Positions 1 through 12,750 are shown, numbered from the stretch's first letter. The stretch is 28,346 nt of DNA from Amoebophrya sp. A120 (GCA_905178155.1 CAJINV010000004.1:9270765-9299110), one strand, 5' to 3'. The notes: generated by a model from the sequence alone, not told the origin. Numbers and translations are program-made.

Positions 1-384
1 CGGATCCCCTGGGCGAAGGCGGATCCCCGGGAAGCGGCCGGACCCCCTGGGCGAAGGCGGATCCCCGGGGAACGGGCGGATCCCCGGGCCGGGTCCCCTG
101 GGCGAAGGCGGATCCCCGGGGAACGGGCGGATCCCCGGGCAACGGGCGGATCCCCTGGGCGAAGGCGGATCCCCGGGGAACGGGCGGATCCTCGGGGAGC
201 GGGCGGACCCCCTGCGGGAAGGCGGATCCCCGGGAAGCGGGCGGATCCTCGGGGAGCGGGCGGATCCCCTGCGGGAAGGCGGATCCCCGGGAAGCGGGCG
301 GATCCTCGGGGAGCGGGCGGATCCCCGGGCAACGGGCGGATCCCCTGGGCGAAGGCGGATCCCCGGGGAGCGGGCGGATCCCCC
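1..384. repeat. GC-rich minisatellite, ~18-20 bp units with core GGCGGATCCCC
   Basis: Tandem variants such as GGCGGATCCCCGGGGAACG, GGCGGATCCCCTGGGCGAA and GGCGGATCCTCGGGGAGCG run from the window edge to the A-run at ~385. Confidence 0.95.
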
Positions 385-1463
385 AAAAAAATCCACAAAG
401 CGAAATCACGACGCTATGCGTATTTTTTTCCCCTCATTCTAAACACAAGAAAACCGCGCTGCCGTCGTGATTCGTTGGTTTAGGTCTCAGAGCGTCAGGG
501 TCTCTTGAAAAAACAGTCTTATCGTATTCCCCACCAGGAGCTGTCTCAAACATGACCTGAACTACAACGCATATGACATTCGATCGTCCTTTGCCTTTTT
601 TCCTAAGAAACCAAAAGGGCCGCAGCTTCCGCTGTGCCGAGCCGAACGCTTGAAAAAGCTCGCAGTTCCTTGCGGCGGCTATTCATGTTGTGATTTTAAA
701 GAAGGCTATCCATATCCATCGGTCGTTGTGTATCGAAAATGAGTTACGTCGGTCGAAGCAGCCATGTACATTTCTGTTGTACGTGATGCAATACTAGAGC
801 AGTCGGTTGTTTGCAGTGAAAGACGATGCGCATTCTGGTGTGCTTCTTTTTTCTGTTTCGGTTTGTAGATATGCATAGGGTCGCGGCGTAATTTTTAGCC
901 ACGCACGCATGTTGATCCAGCTCGGTTGCTCGTCGGCACCTGTTGCAGTTGCTTTCGGTTCGTCCATCTATCCTGCTTCGTACATCAAGACGTGACGTGA
1001 GCCAGCTCGTCCTCTCACCTCCGGCTCCGGTGGAATATTCGTGCTAGGAAATAATGATAAAGAAGAAGAAGAAGAACAACGCAGCTCTTCGATGTACGGC
1101 TCCTTGTTGATGATGTGCTACTGAGCTTTTAGTTCAACATCGGTCCTCAAGGACCGAACGGACTGAGGTGCTGGAGTTGACATCAAAATAAATAATCGCA
1201 TTTTTCAGGGAGAAGCAATCCACTCATTGTTTCCTTCCCACCCCCCTTCATTTTCCCATACTTCAATTTCAATTTTCCCGTTTTTATTGCGCTTTTTGTT
1301 CTCCCAGTCTTTCTCTTTTATTCACCATTTTTATACGTCCCTAGTATCCCATTGGCAGCTACTTCTAGCGGATGGCGGAGGCGCTTTCCATCTTCTACTT
1401 TCCAAGCGTGCCGCCCCCCGGAAAGAGACGAGCCGAAGGACCTCCATAAAAAGAGACTTCTAG

Positions 1464-4400
1464 ATGAGCGCGAGCCGCACCTCTACCCAGCCCCAGCCCC
1501 TGGGGATGGGTGACAAGAAGGCCGCCGGCGAGCTTGGGTCGGGCCACGTGCTCTTTTATGCAATGCAAAAGTATCGTACTAGTATAAATTGCATTACAAA
1601 TTCCCCCAGCATTACAAATTGAATTTGTGATGCTGATTTACTTTGAGAAGGAGATTTGTAATGCATAAATGCAATTACTACGAGTACGATACTTTTGCAC
1701 AGGATATCTTTGCGGGGAACACGAAACTCGCCTCCGCGAGCAATATCAAATGTAAAAATGTCTGGATGTCTGGAAGAATGCAACTTGTGATGCTGAATTT
1801 GGATTCCAAAAAAATCTGTATTGCGTGAGCAGCAAAGGGAGTGCAATTTTTGCTGCGCGGAGAGGGCATTTGTCATGCGGAATAGGCATCGCGAGGCCCT
1901 CAAAAAATCTGTGATGTTAGGGCATGCATCACAGACATCATGGCCCAGGCAAAACATGCATGACAAGTCTCAGAATCTTCCAGACCCAGACATTTTTACA
2001 CTTGATAAGCAAGCGGAAGATGCAAATAGCGGACACGGAGGAAAACGCGACGAAGTTAGAGGCGAGTCTGAACAGCCTTGAGTCGATTGAAGAGCAAAAA
2101 GCCACCGCACAGGGCGCTCTGTCCCAGAAAATGCTGCAAGCACTCGCCTCCTCCACCCCAGAATCGGATTTGCAGGTGGACGAGAAGACGCAGCGAGTCT
2201 CTCTGTCGAAAGCAGGCATGCTCGTGGATGCGGGGGAGAACTTCACGAAAAGCCTGTTACCTCCCGCTTGGTGCGAGGAATGGGAGCTGAATTTGCCGGA
2301 TTACCCGAGAATAGACTTCCCGCAGAAAAAGACGGATAAGTGGTCTCTGGACACGCTCCTCGCGATGGTGCAGCACTTCAAAACCAATCCGGCGCAACCC
2401 TTGCATCCATTGCTGATCATGCGATTGCTGAACGACGCGGAGATTGTGATGAGCAAAAAGTACCACCACGCAATACACCGGGCCACGATTCCGAAGAAAT
2501 CCATGGAACAGAAAGCGACGGACGACAACAAGGAGGGGTTGCTCAAAGGAGGTATTTGGGATATTAAGTTCCTGATGTGATTATAATTTTCGATTTAATG
2601 CTGTGGGAAGCATTTTGATTTTTCATCTAGGCTGAATTTGATAAAACAACACAAAATTCTTGACAACTGCATGTGTGTGACACATTTCTTCTTGATTGCA
2701 CCATAAAACTCGACGACAAAAACAGATTTGAGCCAATTCTCGCTCCTGAACAAGAAAGCCGTGGCCACCCCTGGGCGAACCATCGTCGTCGGCGACACCC
2801 ATGGGCAATTAGAAGACGTGCTTTGGATCTTCTACAAAAACGGGCTGCCAAGTCCCAGCAACGCATACCTATTCAACGGCGATATCGCCGACCGTGGATT
2901 CTACGCGACCGAGATTTTCTCCATGGTACTGGGGTTCATGCTGCTGTATCCGAATTGTGTGGACATGAACCGGGGAAACCACGAGGATGAAACGATCAAT
3001 TTAGACCCCCACTGCGGCGGGTTTTATGAGGAAAACATCCAGAAATACGGCGGGAACATTGGATCCACGATCTACGAATCGTACTTAAAGATCTACTCAA
3101 ACCTACCGCTGGCGAGCGTTTTGGAGAAACGGGTTTTTATCGTACATGGAGGTTTATCGCGGGTAACGGAGGGCATGCTGAAAGTGCTGAGTGGCATTGA
3201 CCATCACGTCTCCAGCACCCCCGAATCCCCGGATAACACGGCGGATACGGTGTTTATCGACGCCATGTGGTCAGATCCAATGGAAGGGAAAGGTATAGAG
3301 ACAGTGATTCTACTGTGATTGAATCTGTTTTCAGCTAGTAAAAATTCGACTTGTTCGCATGTGCGTGTGAAAACGATCTGCATCTGTAATTACCTGTCTA
3401 AAGTACTACCTCGTCGATGCGCGAAGTTTAGGAACTTCGTATGATTTAGATTTTCATTTGAAGTACCCATAACCACGCAGGTATCGTACCATCGAATCGG
3501 GGCCCTAGTCTCGTTCAATTCGGCCCGGACGTCACCATGAAGTTTCTGCGGCAAAACGGCTTCCACTTAGTCGTCCGGTCCCACCAGCCACCGTCCAACA
3601 AGGACGGCGTCTTTTTCCACCACGACGGGAGGCTGATAACGGTTTTCTCTGCTAGTAACTACTGCGGCTGGTACGGAAACACAGGTGCGGTTCTGATCTT
3701 CTCCCCAGGGAAGGGAGATACGAAAGCGGCGTCGTTACCGACGATCGAGATTGTCCGTCATTTTTCCCCCACGTTCGATATGCTCGCAAATGCGGAAATC
3801 ACAACGAATGATTTGTTGGCGATGGACCAGATGCAAGCGAGAGCAAAAAACGCAACCAGCATGGAGCACGCCGCGATCAAAAATAGTCGGCAGTCGCTGT
3901 CGCAGAGAATGGACAAGCTCATCTTCGAAGTAAAAACAAGGTTCGCAAGGATTCTAGTGGATAACAAGCAGGGCTTGTGGAAATTCTGGCTCACGCACGA
4001 GAAAGAGGTATGCAGCTTTTTATCACATTTGAGTTGTTTTTTATGCACTTAGCATGCTTGCTGCAAGAAAATCATCAAGAACAAACTATATAGCTCCACT
4101 ACTTCTGTGGACATCGTAGTAAATACGCGACGCATCCTCGCACAAATTTCTTGACTCGATGTCATAGAAGAAAACTACGAACCATACAATTCATCTACGT
4201 TCGAAAAATCAAAAACCAAAACCACAGGGCGACTACAATGATAACCGAAGTAAGAGCGCGCCGCCGGGGCTGATTACCTTTGACGCCTGGAAGGAGGGGA
4301 TTTCGTCTATGGTTGGGACGAACGGATCCGTTTTGGGCGGCATCCCGTGGCAGCAAATCAAGGAGATCCTTTCTATCGAGGACCCCCACACGAAACTCAT

Positions 4401-6244
4401 CGACTACCCACTGTCGCTCCATCGGTTCCGGGTTGTTATTCGGGACGAGATCAAATCCGAGACGCAAATTCAGGACGTGCGGAAATCGGTCACGACGCAA
4501 TCATCCCTTTTCCCCAAGAAAACGGTGGATGCATCCGGGAACGTGATGCGCCACACGAACTGGATGGAGTCCATTCTGGCAAGATTGTTCGAGATATGCA
4601 TTGCAAATATGTGGTCTGCCTCTGGAAGGATGCAACTTGTGATGCTAAATCCGAATCATGCAAAAATCTGTGTTGCATGAGTCCCAAAAGCTGACTCTTT
4701 TCGACCGAGTTCTTGCAAGGGAGTTTCTCATGCAGGATAGGCATTTCAGAGACCTCACAGAGTCTGTCATGCTAGGTTCCGCATCATGGAAAACCTGCAT
4801 CACAAGTTTGCACTCTTCCAGACCCAGACACTTTTGCACCTGATACGAGACACTGTTGCTAGAAAACGTCCCTTGGCAGGACTTAGTCAAGCGGTTCGCG
4901 GCCCCCGGGTCCGCGCCCGCGTCGGCGGAGAGCGACGACGACGACATTCCGGAAATTGACATGGACACGTTGCAGAAAGTGCTTTGTAGCCTGCAGAAAC
5001 CAGGAAGCTCGGGGAGTAAGACAAACGCCCTGATAACCAAGGAACAAGCCGGGTCGCTCATAAGAACACTGACGGGGTACGGGGGAAGCAGGGTAATATT
5101 AAAGTCACTCCTTTGATAACATCACAATGACCTTGAATATCACGACTACGGAATGGAAAACGTCGTGACTTTTCTTTGCCTTCTTTGCCAGCACACAGTC
5201 CAAAAACGAATTCTTTGCGCTTGTTCTACTTCTGGTGTTGTACTTGTTCTACCTAGTGGTCTATATGTTCCTCGCATCAGAAATTCAAATTTACATTGCG
5301 AAAAAAAACCTACACAAAAAAAACTCCTATCACAGCATTCCGTGACCAACCTGAAGCCCTCCTCCATTTCCCTGCTCGAGTTCCTCTCCCGCCTAGAGGT
5401 CTGCTACACCGGGTATAACGTGCAACGCGTCAGGCAGAAGGTCGAGGCCGGGATCAAAGAGGGCCCGGACGCAGAACAGTCCATCATGAATTTAAAGTTC
5501 GGCACCTCCGTCGTGGCAACTTCCCTGCGTTTAATTGGCCAGGAGATCTACGCGGAGTCCGAAGATTCCCGGTCCGCGAGCAAGAGAACGCACAAAATTT
5601 TCCAAGAAGCGGACAAGGACCAGGACGGGTTGTTGAGTAAGGCAGAATTTCTCGACGTGGTGGACCAATTACTGGCCCGGTTTAAAGATTTTTTGCAGGA
5701 ACATTTTCTATCCAGCAAATCCAAATACGCAACCTCCGGGGCGAAGAAGGCGGCAAAGTCGGATTTACCCTTGTCCCTCCTCGAAGATATCTTCAAAGTG
5801 GTCGACGTAACGCGACAGGGGAAAGTTAGCTATCTCGAATTCCTCCACTGCTTCCAGCCCTCCGACCGGTCCGACGACACCGTCGGGCTGTCGAAGCTGG
5901 ACGCGGATTCTTCGATTCCGCACTTGCGGCACCCGGCGGAGGAGATCCGGGTGGCGTTGATGGAGCAGATCTGCGGATTTCTGTACACGAACAAACAGGC
6001 GCTGCACAAAATCTTTCTCTTCTTCGACAAAAATAACTCCCACCTGATCGAGAAAAAGAACTTCGTGAAGGCGGTGAAGTGTCTCAACGTGACCATCAGT
6101 CTGAAAGCGCCACCGTTGACCAACGACCAGATCGAGATGCTCGCGGACCATTGTGTCCTGAACACCGAGGAACAGATAGACTACCTCCAGTTTCTGAACG
6201 CGCTGGTGATCTGTGACATGCGGACCGGGGAGATGTTTGACTAG
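1464..6244 (+). CDS. PPEF: Ser/Thr protein phosphatase with EF-hands (PPEF/RdgC-like), paralog 1, ~1091 aa, 8 exons
   Basis: Manual join 1464-1556,1712-1743,2013-2551,2726-3292,3481-4007,4228-4594,4851-5092,5336-6244 (3276 nt, frame continuous, colinear with paralog 2). PPP motifs: [37 protein letters not shown]. The IFYKNGLPS motif is typical of PPEF. EF-hand-like loops: DKDQDGLLSKAE, DVTRQGKVSYLE. GT-AG introns at 2552-2725, 3293-3480, 4008-4227, 5093-5335, plus three TIR-type introns. Start codon inferred from homology (ELGSGHVLF vs QLGAGQVLF). Junctions within the 5-bp repeats can slide. Confidence 0.88.
1557..1706 (+). mobile_element. Introner/MITE-like non-canonical intron, TIR family B, 150 bp
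   Basis: Left end TATGCAATGCAAAAGTATCGTACT; right end (reverse complement) TATCCTGTGCAAAAGTATCGTACT. Direct repeat TCTTT at 1552-1556 and 1707-1711. Removal gives HVLF|AGNTKLASAS, matching paralog 2 [14 protein letters not shown]. Confidence 0.92.
1744..2007 (+). mobile_element. Introner, TIR family A, 264 bp
   Basis: Ends TATCAAATGTAAAAATGTCTGGATGTCTGGAAGA and rc TATCAAGTGTAAAAATGTCTGGGTCTGGAAGA. Direct repeat AGCAA at 1739-1743 and 2008-2012. Removal gives ASKRKMQI (paralog 2: ASKRKAQI). Confidence 0.93.
4595..4845 (+). mobile_element. Introner, TIR family A (asymmetric ends), 251 bp
   Basis: Left TATGCATTGCAAATATGTGGTCTGCCTCTGGAAG; right rc TATCAGGTGCAAAAGTGTCTGGGTCTGGAAG. Direct repeat CGAGA at 4590-4594 and 4846-4850. 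Removal gives [12 protein letters not shown] (paralog 2: [12 protein letters not shown]). Confidence 0.92.
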
Positions 6245-7908
6245 GGTCGTGACAGGTGGGAAACGGAACTTATTTGTTGCTGTGGAGGTTCTCCTCCCAG
6301 CGCACTTCTAAATTAGTGTCAGACCGCTCGTCGCCTAGTACGACCTAGGGTAGACCTAGTCTTAAGCTTGAGTTTTTACAATTTTTATATACGCAAGTTT
6401 CGCGTGCTCCTGGCAGCACGGGGCTTCTATTGTTTCTGAGTTTTTTTTGTCATAGTCATAGATTACATCACACAAGCCCAAGCAGCCACCTTGCTGGGTA
6501 GGTCATTAGTTCACAATCATCAGCTTTATGCAACCATTGTATTGTTCACCACGTATCGGAAACAAACAGTTACTTTTCCTGCGGTAGGAGGTAGGTACTA
6601 GCCGCGTTTTTTTATAGATGCAACGTATGTATTGGCGACTTTTACAGGTACGTGTAATAGAGGTGGCTAATTACAGAGTTTCAGTACCTGGTTGCTGTTT
6701 GAAAAGCATCATTATGCACATACATTTTTAGACGTAGGCTGTTGATGTGTACTAGCTTTTCCATCACCGAACGTTCTTCACATGATTTTTGGCCCTTGCG
6801 GCGACCCAACGCAACGAAAAATGTTCGGATCTTGATCAAGACTTTTACACGGAGGCGGACCTACAGTCATTTTTCCTGGTGCTTCTTATTTCAGAAAAAT
6901 CGAAAACAGACCTACTGCTGTTGCAAGAGGAATGCCGCTTTTACTTTTTCTCCTCGCCGCACTGATCATGCCTGCGAGAAAGAAGAAACTGAGGAAATTG
7001 CCTATGATTCTTACTGTCGGTAGATCATCAAAAGGACAAAATTCCCTGTGAAGATTATCACTGTCGGTACCGTCTCTTTAAATCTGCATTGCTTTTGCTG
7101 CTCTGGTTGAATATTGTATTTCTTTCTCTAGCTAAACCTCCAACTCCCGTCGGTCTAAGCTCCACCCGCTGGTCATGCCGGCATTCTGTGAAGATCGGTA
7201 TTGCCTGATGCGCACTAAGTGTCGTGAAGGTCGTTTTCTTCCACAAATTTTGGATTTGTTGTGTCATGTTTCCTGCTTGCTGCACTTGGCTTGCTGTAGT
7301 CGGTTTAAATGCTTAAGAACTCGGCAAAGCGCTTCGTCTGTAGGTACTCGTGGCTTTGATATTCGTGCAAGGTTGAATGCTTCTCGCCGTCTTCGTCAAG
7401 ATGAAAAATAGAACGTCAGTATGTTCGTCCACTGCTTGCTCGTCCTACTTTCCATTTTTGTGTATTTGCTTACCTGCTTCAACAATGTGATGCTCTTCGT
7501 CTGCTTCTGTTTATCGACAAGATAGAAGCCATTTTTCATTGTACCTCGAACGACACTAAAACAGGACCTCAATTTGATGAGCCCCATCAAAACTAGATTG
7601 CTCAACTGAGATTTACTTCATCCAAGAAAACATTTTTACCTGAATTAGAACTCCCCCCCAAAAATTGTGGTCTTCATTAGTCCAGAACAGAATCTTCATG
7701 CCCGAGGTGTGGTCAGCTGGCAGCTAGCACCTGTTGGCGTGGAGCGTGCCTGTAGAAGGTTGTGCAAAAGTTGTGCTCGTCGCTCCTCCGGGGGCGGTCA
7801 GTCGGAGTGAACTTGAATTTCCATAAATTCGCGCACAATAAGAAACTAAGCCAGAACCATAATTCCTACGAACCAGTGTAGAACAAGAGACCACAAATAT
7901 CTCAAAAG

Positions 7909-10900
7909 ATGAGCACGGCCAAACCGCTTCTTACCCGCGCGAACAGCGGTTCCGGGCAAACGCTCGCCCGCGGCAAATCCAGCGGGCTTTCCGCCCCCAA
8001 GGGGCTGGATATGGAGCAGCTCGGGGCCGGCCAGGTACTGTTTCAGGGGAACAGCAAGCTCCAGTCGGCTTCCAAGAGGAAAGCGCAGATTCACGACACC
8101 GAGGAAAACGCCACGAAGTTGGAGCAGTCGCTGAACTCCTTAGAGTCCATTGAGGAGCAGAAGGCCACCGCACAGGGAGCCCTGTCCGCGAAGATGCTAC
8201 AGGCGCTGGCGTCTTCCACCGCGGACAATGATCTCCATTTGGATTCCCAAACCGCAAGGGTTTCCCTCACAAAATCCGGAACCGTGCCCGGTGGTAGCGG
8301 GGAGAACTTCTCCAAATCGCTACTCCCAGCCGCTTGGTGCGAGGAGTGGGAGTCAAATCTGCCCGATTACCCCAGAATAGACTTCCCCCAGAAAAAATCC
8401 GACAAGTGGACCATCGACACGATGCTGGCGATGGTGAAACACTTCCAGACGAACGCGGCGCAACCCTTGCACCCTTTGCTCATCATGCGATTATTGCACG
8501 ACGTGGAGATCGTGATGAGCAAAAAGTACCACCACGCCATTCACCGGGCGACCATTCCGAAGAAGTCCATGGAGCAGAAAGCAGCGGAGGAGAACAAAGA
8601 TAATTTGTTGAAGGGCGATTTAACGCAGTTTTCCTTATTGAACAAAAAAGCGGTCTCCACCCCGGGGAGAACCATCGTCGTCGGCGACACGCACGGGCAG
8701 TTGGAGGATGTGTTGTGGATTTTCTACAAGAACGGGCTACCAAGTCCGAGCAATGCGTATTTATTCAACGGGGACATCGCGGACCGCGGATTTTACGCCA
8801 CCGAGATTTTCGCGATGGTGTTCGGCTTCATGATTATGTACCCGAATTCGGTGGACATGAACCGCGGGAATCACGTATCCTGAGTAAAAACGTCCCCATC
8901 CCAGAGTTGTCATGCAGATTTGCGATTACAGGAAGATTTGTAATGCGCATCTCCTTGAGATGCATTTCTAATCGTGTTTTGGCATTTGTAATGCTGTAAA
9001 CAGGATTAGGGAACGGCTTTCTCATGCGGCTTTACTTGCTAGCCAGCCCTACACTGCATATGGAAGCTTGTCATGCAGAACTCCCCAAGCTGGGGGATTT
9101 GTGTTGCAGACTTTCCATCTGCACTATGGTGTGGGGAGGTTTTTACAGAGGATATCACGAGGACGAAACGATCAACTTAGACCCGCATTGTGGCGGGTTT
9201 TATGAGGAAAACATCCAGAAGTACGGGGGGAATATCGGCTCCACAATTTATGAGTCCTATCTAAAGGTGTACTCAAACTTACCGTTGGCGTCCGTGTTGG
9301 AGAAGCGAGTTTTCATCGTGCACGGTGGCTTATCGAGGGTAACGGACGGAATGCTGAAGGTGCTCAGCGGCATCGACCACCACGTGTCTTCCATCCCCGA
9401 ATCACCAGATAACACGGCGGACACGGTGTTTATCGACGCCATGTGGTCAGACCCAATGGAGGGGAAAGGTATGTGTTACTTTTTTTTTTTATGATGAAGA
9501 AGACTCTGACACTGACTCTGCTACTGCTTGGATTAGAAATTTTCTACGAAATAACTCGATGAACCTGTTGGAGGCAGGTGAACTCGATCTACTGTCGCAA
9601 GCAGTGATCTAGTAGGGCGCTATCTTTCATCAACATCTGTATGAGATTTATCTTGCATGAAGACGACCTTGTCCTTGACTTCACCTCGATCACACGACAG
9701 GTATTGTGCCCTCGAATCGCGGCCCCAGTCTCGTCCAATTCGGCCCGGATGTCACCATGAAATTCCTTCGCCAAAACGGCTTCCACTTAGTCGTCCGGTC
9801 CCACCAGCCTCCGCCCAACAAGGACGGCGTGTTTTTCCACCACGACGGGAGGCTGATAACGGTTTTCTCGGCTAGTAACTACTGCGGCTGGTACGGCAAC
9901 ACCGGCGCGGTTTTGATCTTCTCACCAGGAAAGGGGGATACCAAAGCGAGCAGTCTCCCGACTATTGAGATAGTCCGGCATTTCTCGCCGACCTTCGATA
10001 TGCTGCAAAACGCGGAAATCACGACCAACGACTTGCTCGCGATGGACCAGGTAGCCAACCGCGCGAAGAACGCAACCAATATGGAACACGCGGCCATCAA
10101 AAACAGCAGGCAAGATCTGACCCAAAGGATGGACAAGTTGATCTTCGAAGTGAAAACGAGGTTTGCGCGAATTCTAGTGGACAACAAACAGGCTTTATGG
10201 AAATTCTGGCTCGCGCACGAGAAGGACGTACTGAATTGTTTTTTCGTTTAGAAGACGATTATGATGTGAATCCTGAGAGATTAGTAGATCCATAGCAAAG
10301 AAAAAAGCACTACAGGCGTTGATGCAGTGCTGTGTTTTAGCTTTGGAAGGTGGATAAGCATAAGTATGGTGGTAGACGCAGACGTAGTGTAGCTTCTACG
10401 ATAAGATCTACTTTATCTGGCTCATATTGCCCATTAGCAATAGAAATTTAGCAAAAGTTTCCATTTCAATTCTTCACAACAGGGCGACTACCTCACCCCG
10501 GCCACGAAGAACACTCCGCCTGGATTGATTACTTTCGACGCCTGGAAAGAGGGTATTTCCAGTATGGTGGGGTCCTGCGGCTCGGTGCTGCAGGGCATCC
10601 CGTGGTCCCAGATCAAAGACATTTTGAATATCGAGGACCCGCACACGAAGCTGATCGACTACCCTTTGTCCCTCCACCGGTTCCGAGTGGTGATTCGGGA
10701 TGAAATTCAGGCGGAATCCGCCCTGCAGGACGTGCGGAAATCTTTAGCCATGCAGTCGACCTTGTTCCCGAAGAAAACCGTAGACGGGTCCGGCAACGTG
10801 ATGCGACACACCAACTGGATGGAAAGCATTCTTGCGCGGTTGTTTGAATCTTTGCTCCTGGAAAACGTCCCCTGGCAGGATCTAGTGCAGAAATTCGCGC

Positions 10901-12750
10901 CCCCGGGCAGTTTATCAACTGTAAAAATGTCTGGGTCTGGAAGAACGCGCGATCTGTCATGCTGCTTTTCCATGACCCATGAGGTCTGGAATGCAGGACC
11001 TAGCATGACAGATTCTGCGAGACCTTTCGAATGCCTATCCTGCATGAGAAACTCCCTCCCGACTTGGTTAAAACTGGACGACTTTTGGTAATCATGCAAC
11101 ACAGATTTTTGCGTGCTGCAGATTTAGCATGACAAGTTGCAATCTTGATCTTCCAGACCCAGACATTTTTACATTTGATACAGTTCCGCGGCGTCAGGAG
11201 ACTCCAATTTACCCGAGGTGGACATGGGAACGCTGCAGAAGGTGTTGCAAAGTTTGAGCCAGAAGGGGGCGTCCAGGGGCTCTCGGACCAACGCCTTGGT
11301 TACCAAGGAACAGGCCGCGTCGCTTGTCAGAACGCTCACGGGGTACGGCGGAAGCAGGGTATAATTTTGGTGACTTGATGGACTTACTTTTGCGAAAAAA
11401 TGTATGACTGTGATGTATGTTTGATGCGATGGAGTTAGAGATGGAGTTCAGTCACTGTCGCTCTACGTCTGTTGTTGAAACAGAAAAGATAAAGATACAA
11501 AAAAACTACCTTGCAAAAACTATTATTCTAGAACAAATTTTTCATCCTCCTACAACAACCCTCACAGCACTCGGTGACGAACTTGAAGCCCTCCTCCGTT
11601 TCCCTGCTCGAGTTTCTTTCCCGCTTAGAGGTTTGCTACACCGGGTATAACGTGCAACGCGTCCGCCAAAAGGTGGAATCCGGCATCAAGGAGGGTCCGG
11701 ACGCGGAGCAAACCATTATGAATCTGAAGTTTGGCACGTCCATGGTGGCCACCTGTTTGCGGCTGATCGGCCGCGAGATTTACGCCGAGTCCGAAGACAG
11801 CATCTCCGCGTCGAAGAACACTTTTCAAATTTTCAAGGACGGGGACGTGGATAAAGACGGGCTGCTCTCCCGCGCGGAATTTCTGGAAGTCGTGGACCAG
11901 CTGCTGATGACCTACAAAGATTTTCTCAAAGACTACTTCCTGTCCGGAAAATCCAAGTACAACGTGTCCAGCACCGGCGGGCCGGTGAAGCGCGGGGCTA
12001 AATCCGATTTGCCCGTGGCCTTGCTGGAGGACATTTTCAAGGTGGTAGACGTGACCCGGCAGGGCAAAATCTCCTACCTCGAGTTCCTCCACTGTTTCCA
12101 GCCGTCCGACCGCACGGACGACGTCGTGGGGTTAAGGGACAAAAACAAGGAGAAGCAGAGGACGCTGAAACACCTCAAGCACCCCGCGGAGGAGATCCGG
12201 GTGGCGCTGATGGAGCAGATCTGCGGAGTATTATATTCGAACAAGCAGGCGCTGCACAAAACCTTCCTCTTCTTCGACAAAAACAACAGTCGCAGCGTCT
12301 CGAAAGCGACGTTTTGCAAGGCGGTCAAGTGCTTGAACGTGAGCATCAGTCTGAAGTCGCCACCCTTGACGAACGATCAGATCGAGATGCTCGCCGACCA
12401 CTGCGTGCTCAACAGCGACGACGAAATTGACTACCTGGCGTTCTTATCAAATGTAAAAGTGTCTGGGTCTGGAAGAGTGGAACTTGTGATGCGCATTTCA
12501 GAACATACAAAAATCTCTGATGCATAGGCAGCAAAAGCTGCCCACTTTCTGTCACCAAAATGGCGGATTTGTCATGCGGATTCGGCATTGCGGAAGCTTC
12601 TCGAAACCTGTGACGCTAGAGCTTCCATGCCAGACCTTCTGTGTCATGCAGAAACAGCATGACTCTTCCAGACCCAGACACTTTTACATTTGATAGTTCT
12701 TAAACGCGCTCGTGGTGTGTGACATGTACACCGGTGAGATGTTCGACTGA
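7909..12750 (+). CDS. PPEF: Ser/Thr protein phosphatase with EF-hands (PPEF/RdgC-like), paralog 2, ~1110 aa, 7 exons
   Basis: Join 7909-8875,9160-9468,9701-10227,10483-10912,11186-11358,11568-12444,12701-12750 (3333 nt). Same PPP motifs and EF-hand region as paralog 1, ending [14 protein letters not shown] introns 9469-9700, 10228-10482 and 11359-11567 sit at the same positions as in paralog 1. Three TIR-type introns sit at different positions. Confidence 0.9.
8876..9154. mobile_element. Introner, TIR family C, 279 bp, inside the RGNHE catalytic motif
   Basis: Left TATCCTGAGTAAAAACGTCCCCA; right rc TATCCTCTGTAAAAACCTCCCCA. Direct repeat TCACG at 8871-8875 and 9155-9159. Removal restores [12 protein letters not shown], identical to paralog 1. 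Confidence 0.92.
10913..11180 (-). mobile_element. Introner, TIR family A, 268 bp, reverse orientation
   Basis: Ends TATCAACTGTAAAAATGTCTGGGTCTGGAAGA and rc TATCAAATGTAAAAATGTCTGGGTCTGGAAGA. Direct repeat CAGTT at 10908-10912 and 11181-11185. The interior resembles the reverse complement of 4595-4845. Removal gives [18 protein letters not shown]. Confidence 0.93.
12445..12695 (+). mobile_element. Introner, TIR family A, 251 bp, perfect 34-bp TIR
   Basis: TATCAAATGTAAAAGTGTCTGGGTCTGGAAGAGT occurs inverted at both ends. Direct repeat GTTCT at 12440-12444 and 12696-12700. Removal gives [22 protein letters not shown]. Confidence 0.95.

Noticed and set aside
1-384. CRISPR-like array
   Set aside because: The units are contiguous, with no unique spacers and no cas genes, and the context is eukaryotic.
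1924-2012. Recurring peptides such as [11 protein letters not shown] and CKNVWVWK in several ORFs, suggesting a protein repeat
   Set aside because: They are translations of the family-A TIR, not protein domains.
12440-12696. Apparent GT...AG pair around the introner
   Set aside because: Using it removes 257 nt, one too many, and frameshifts the conserved C-terminus.
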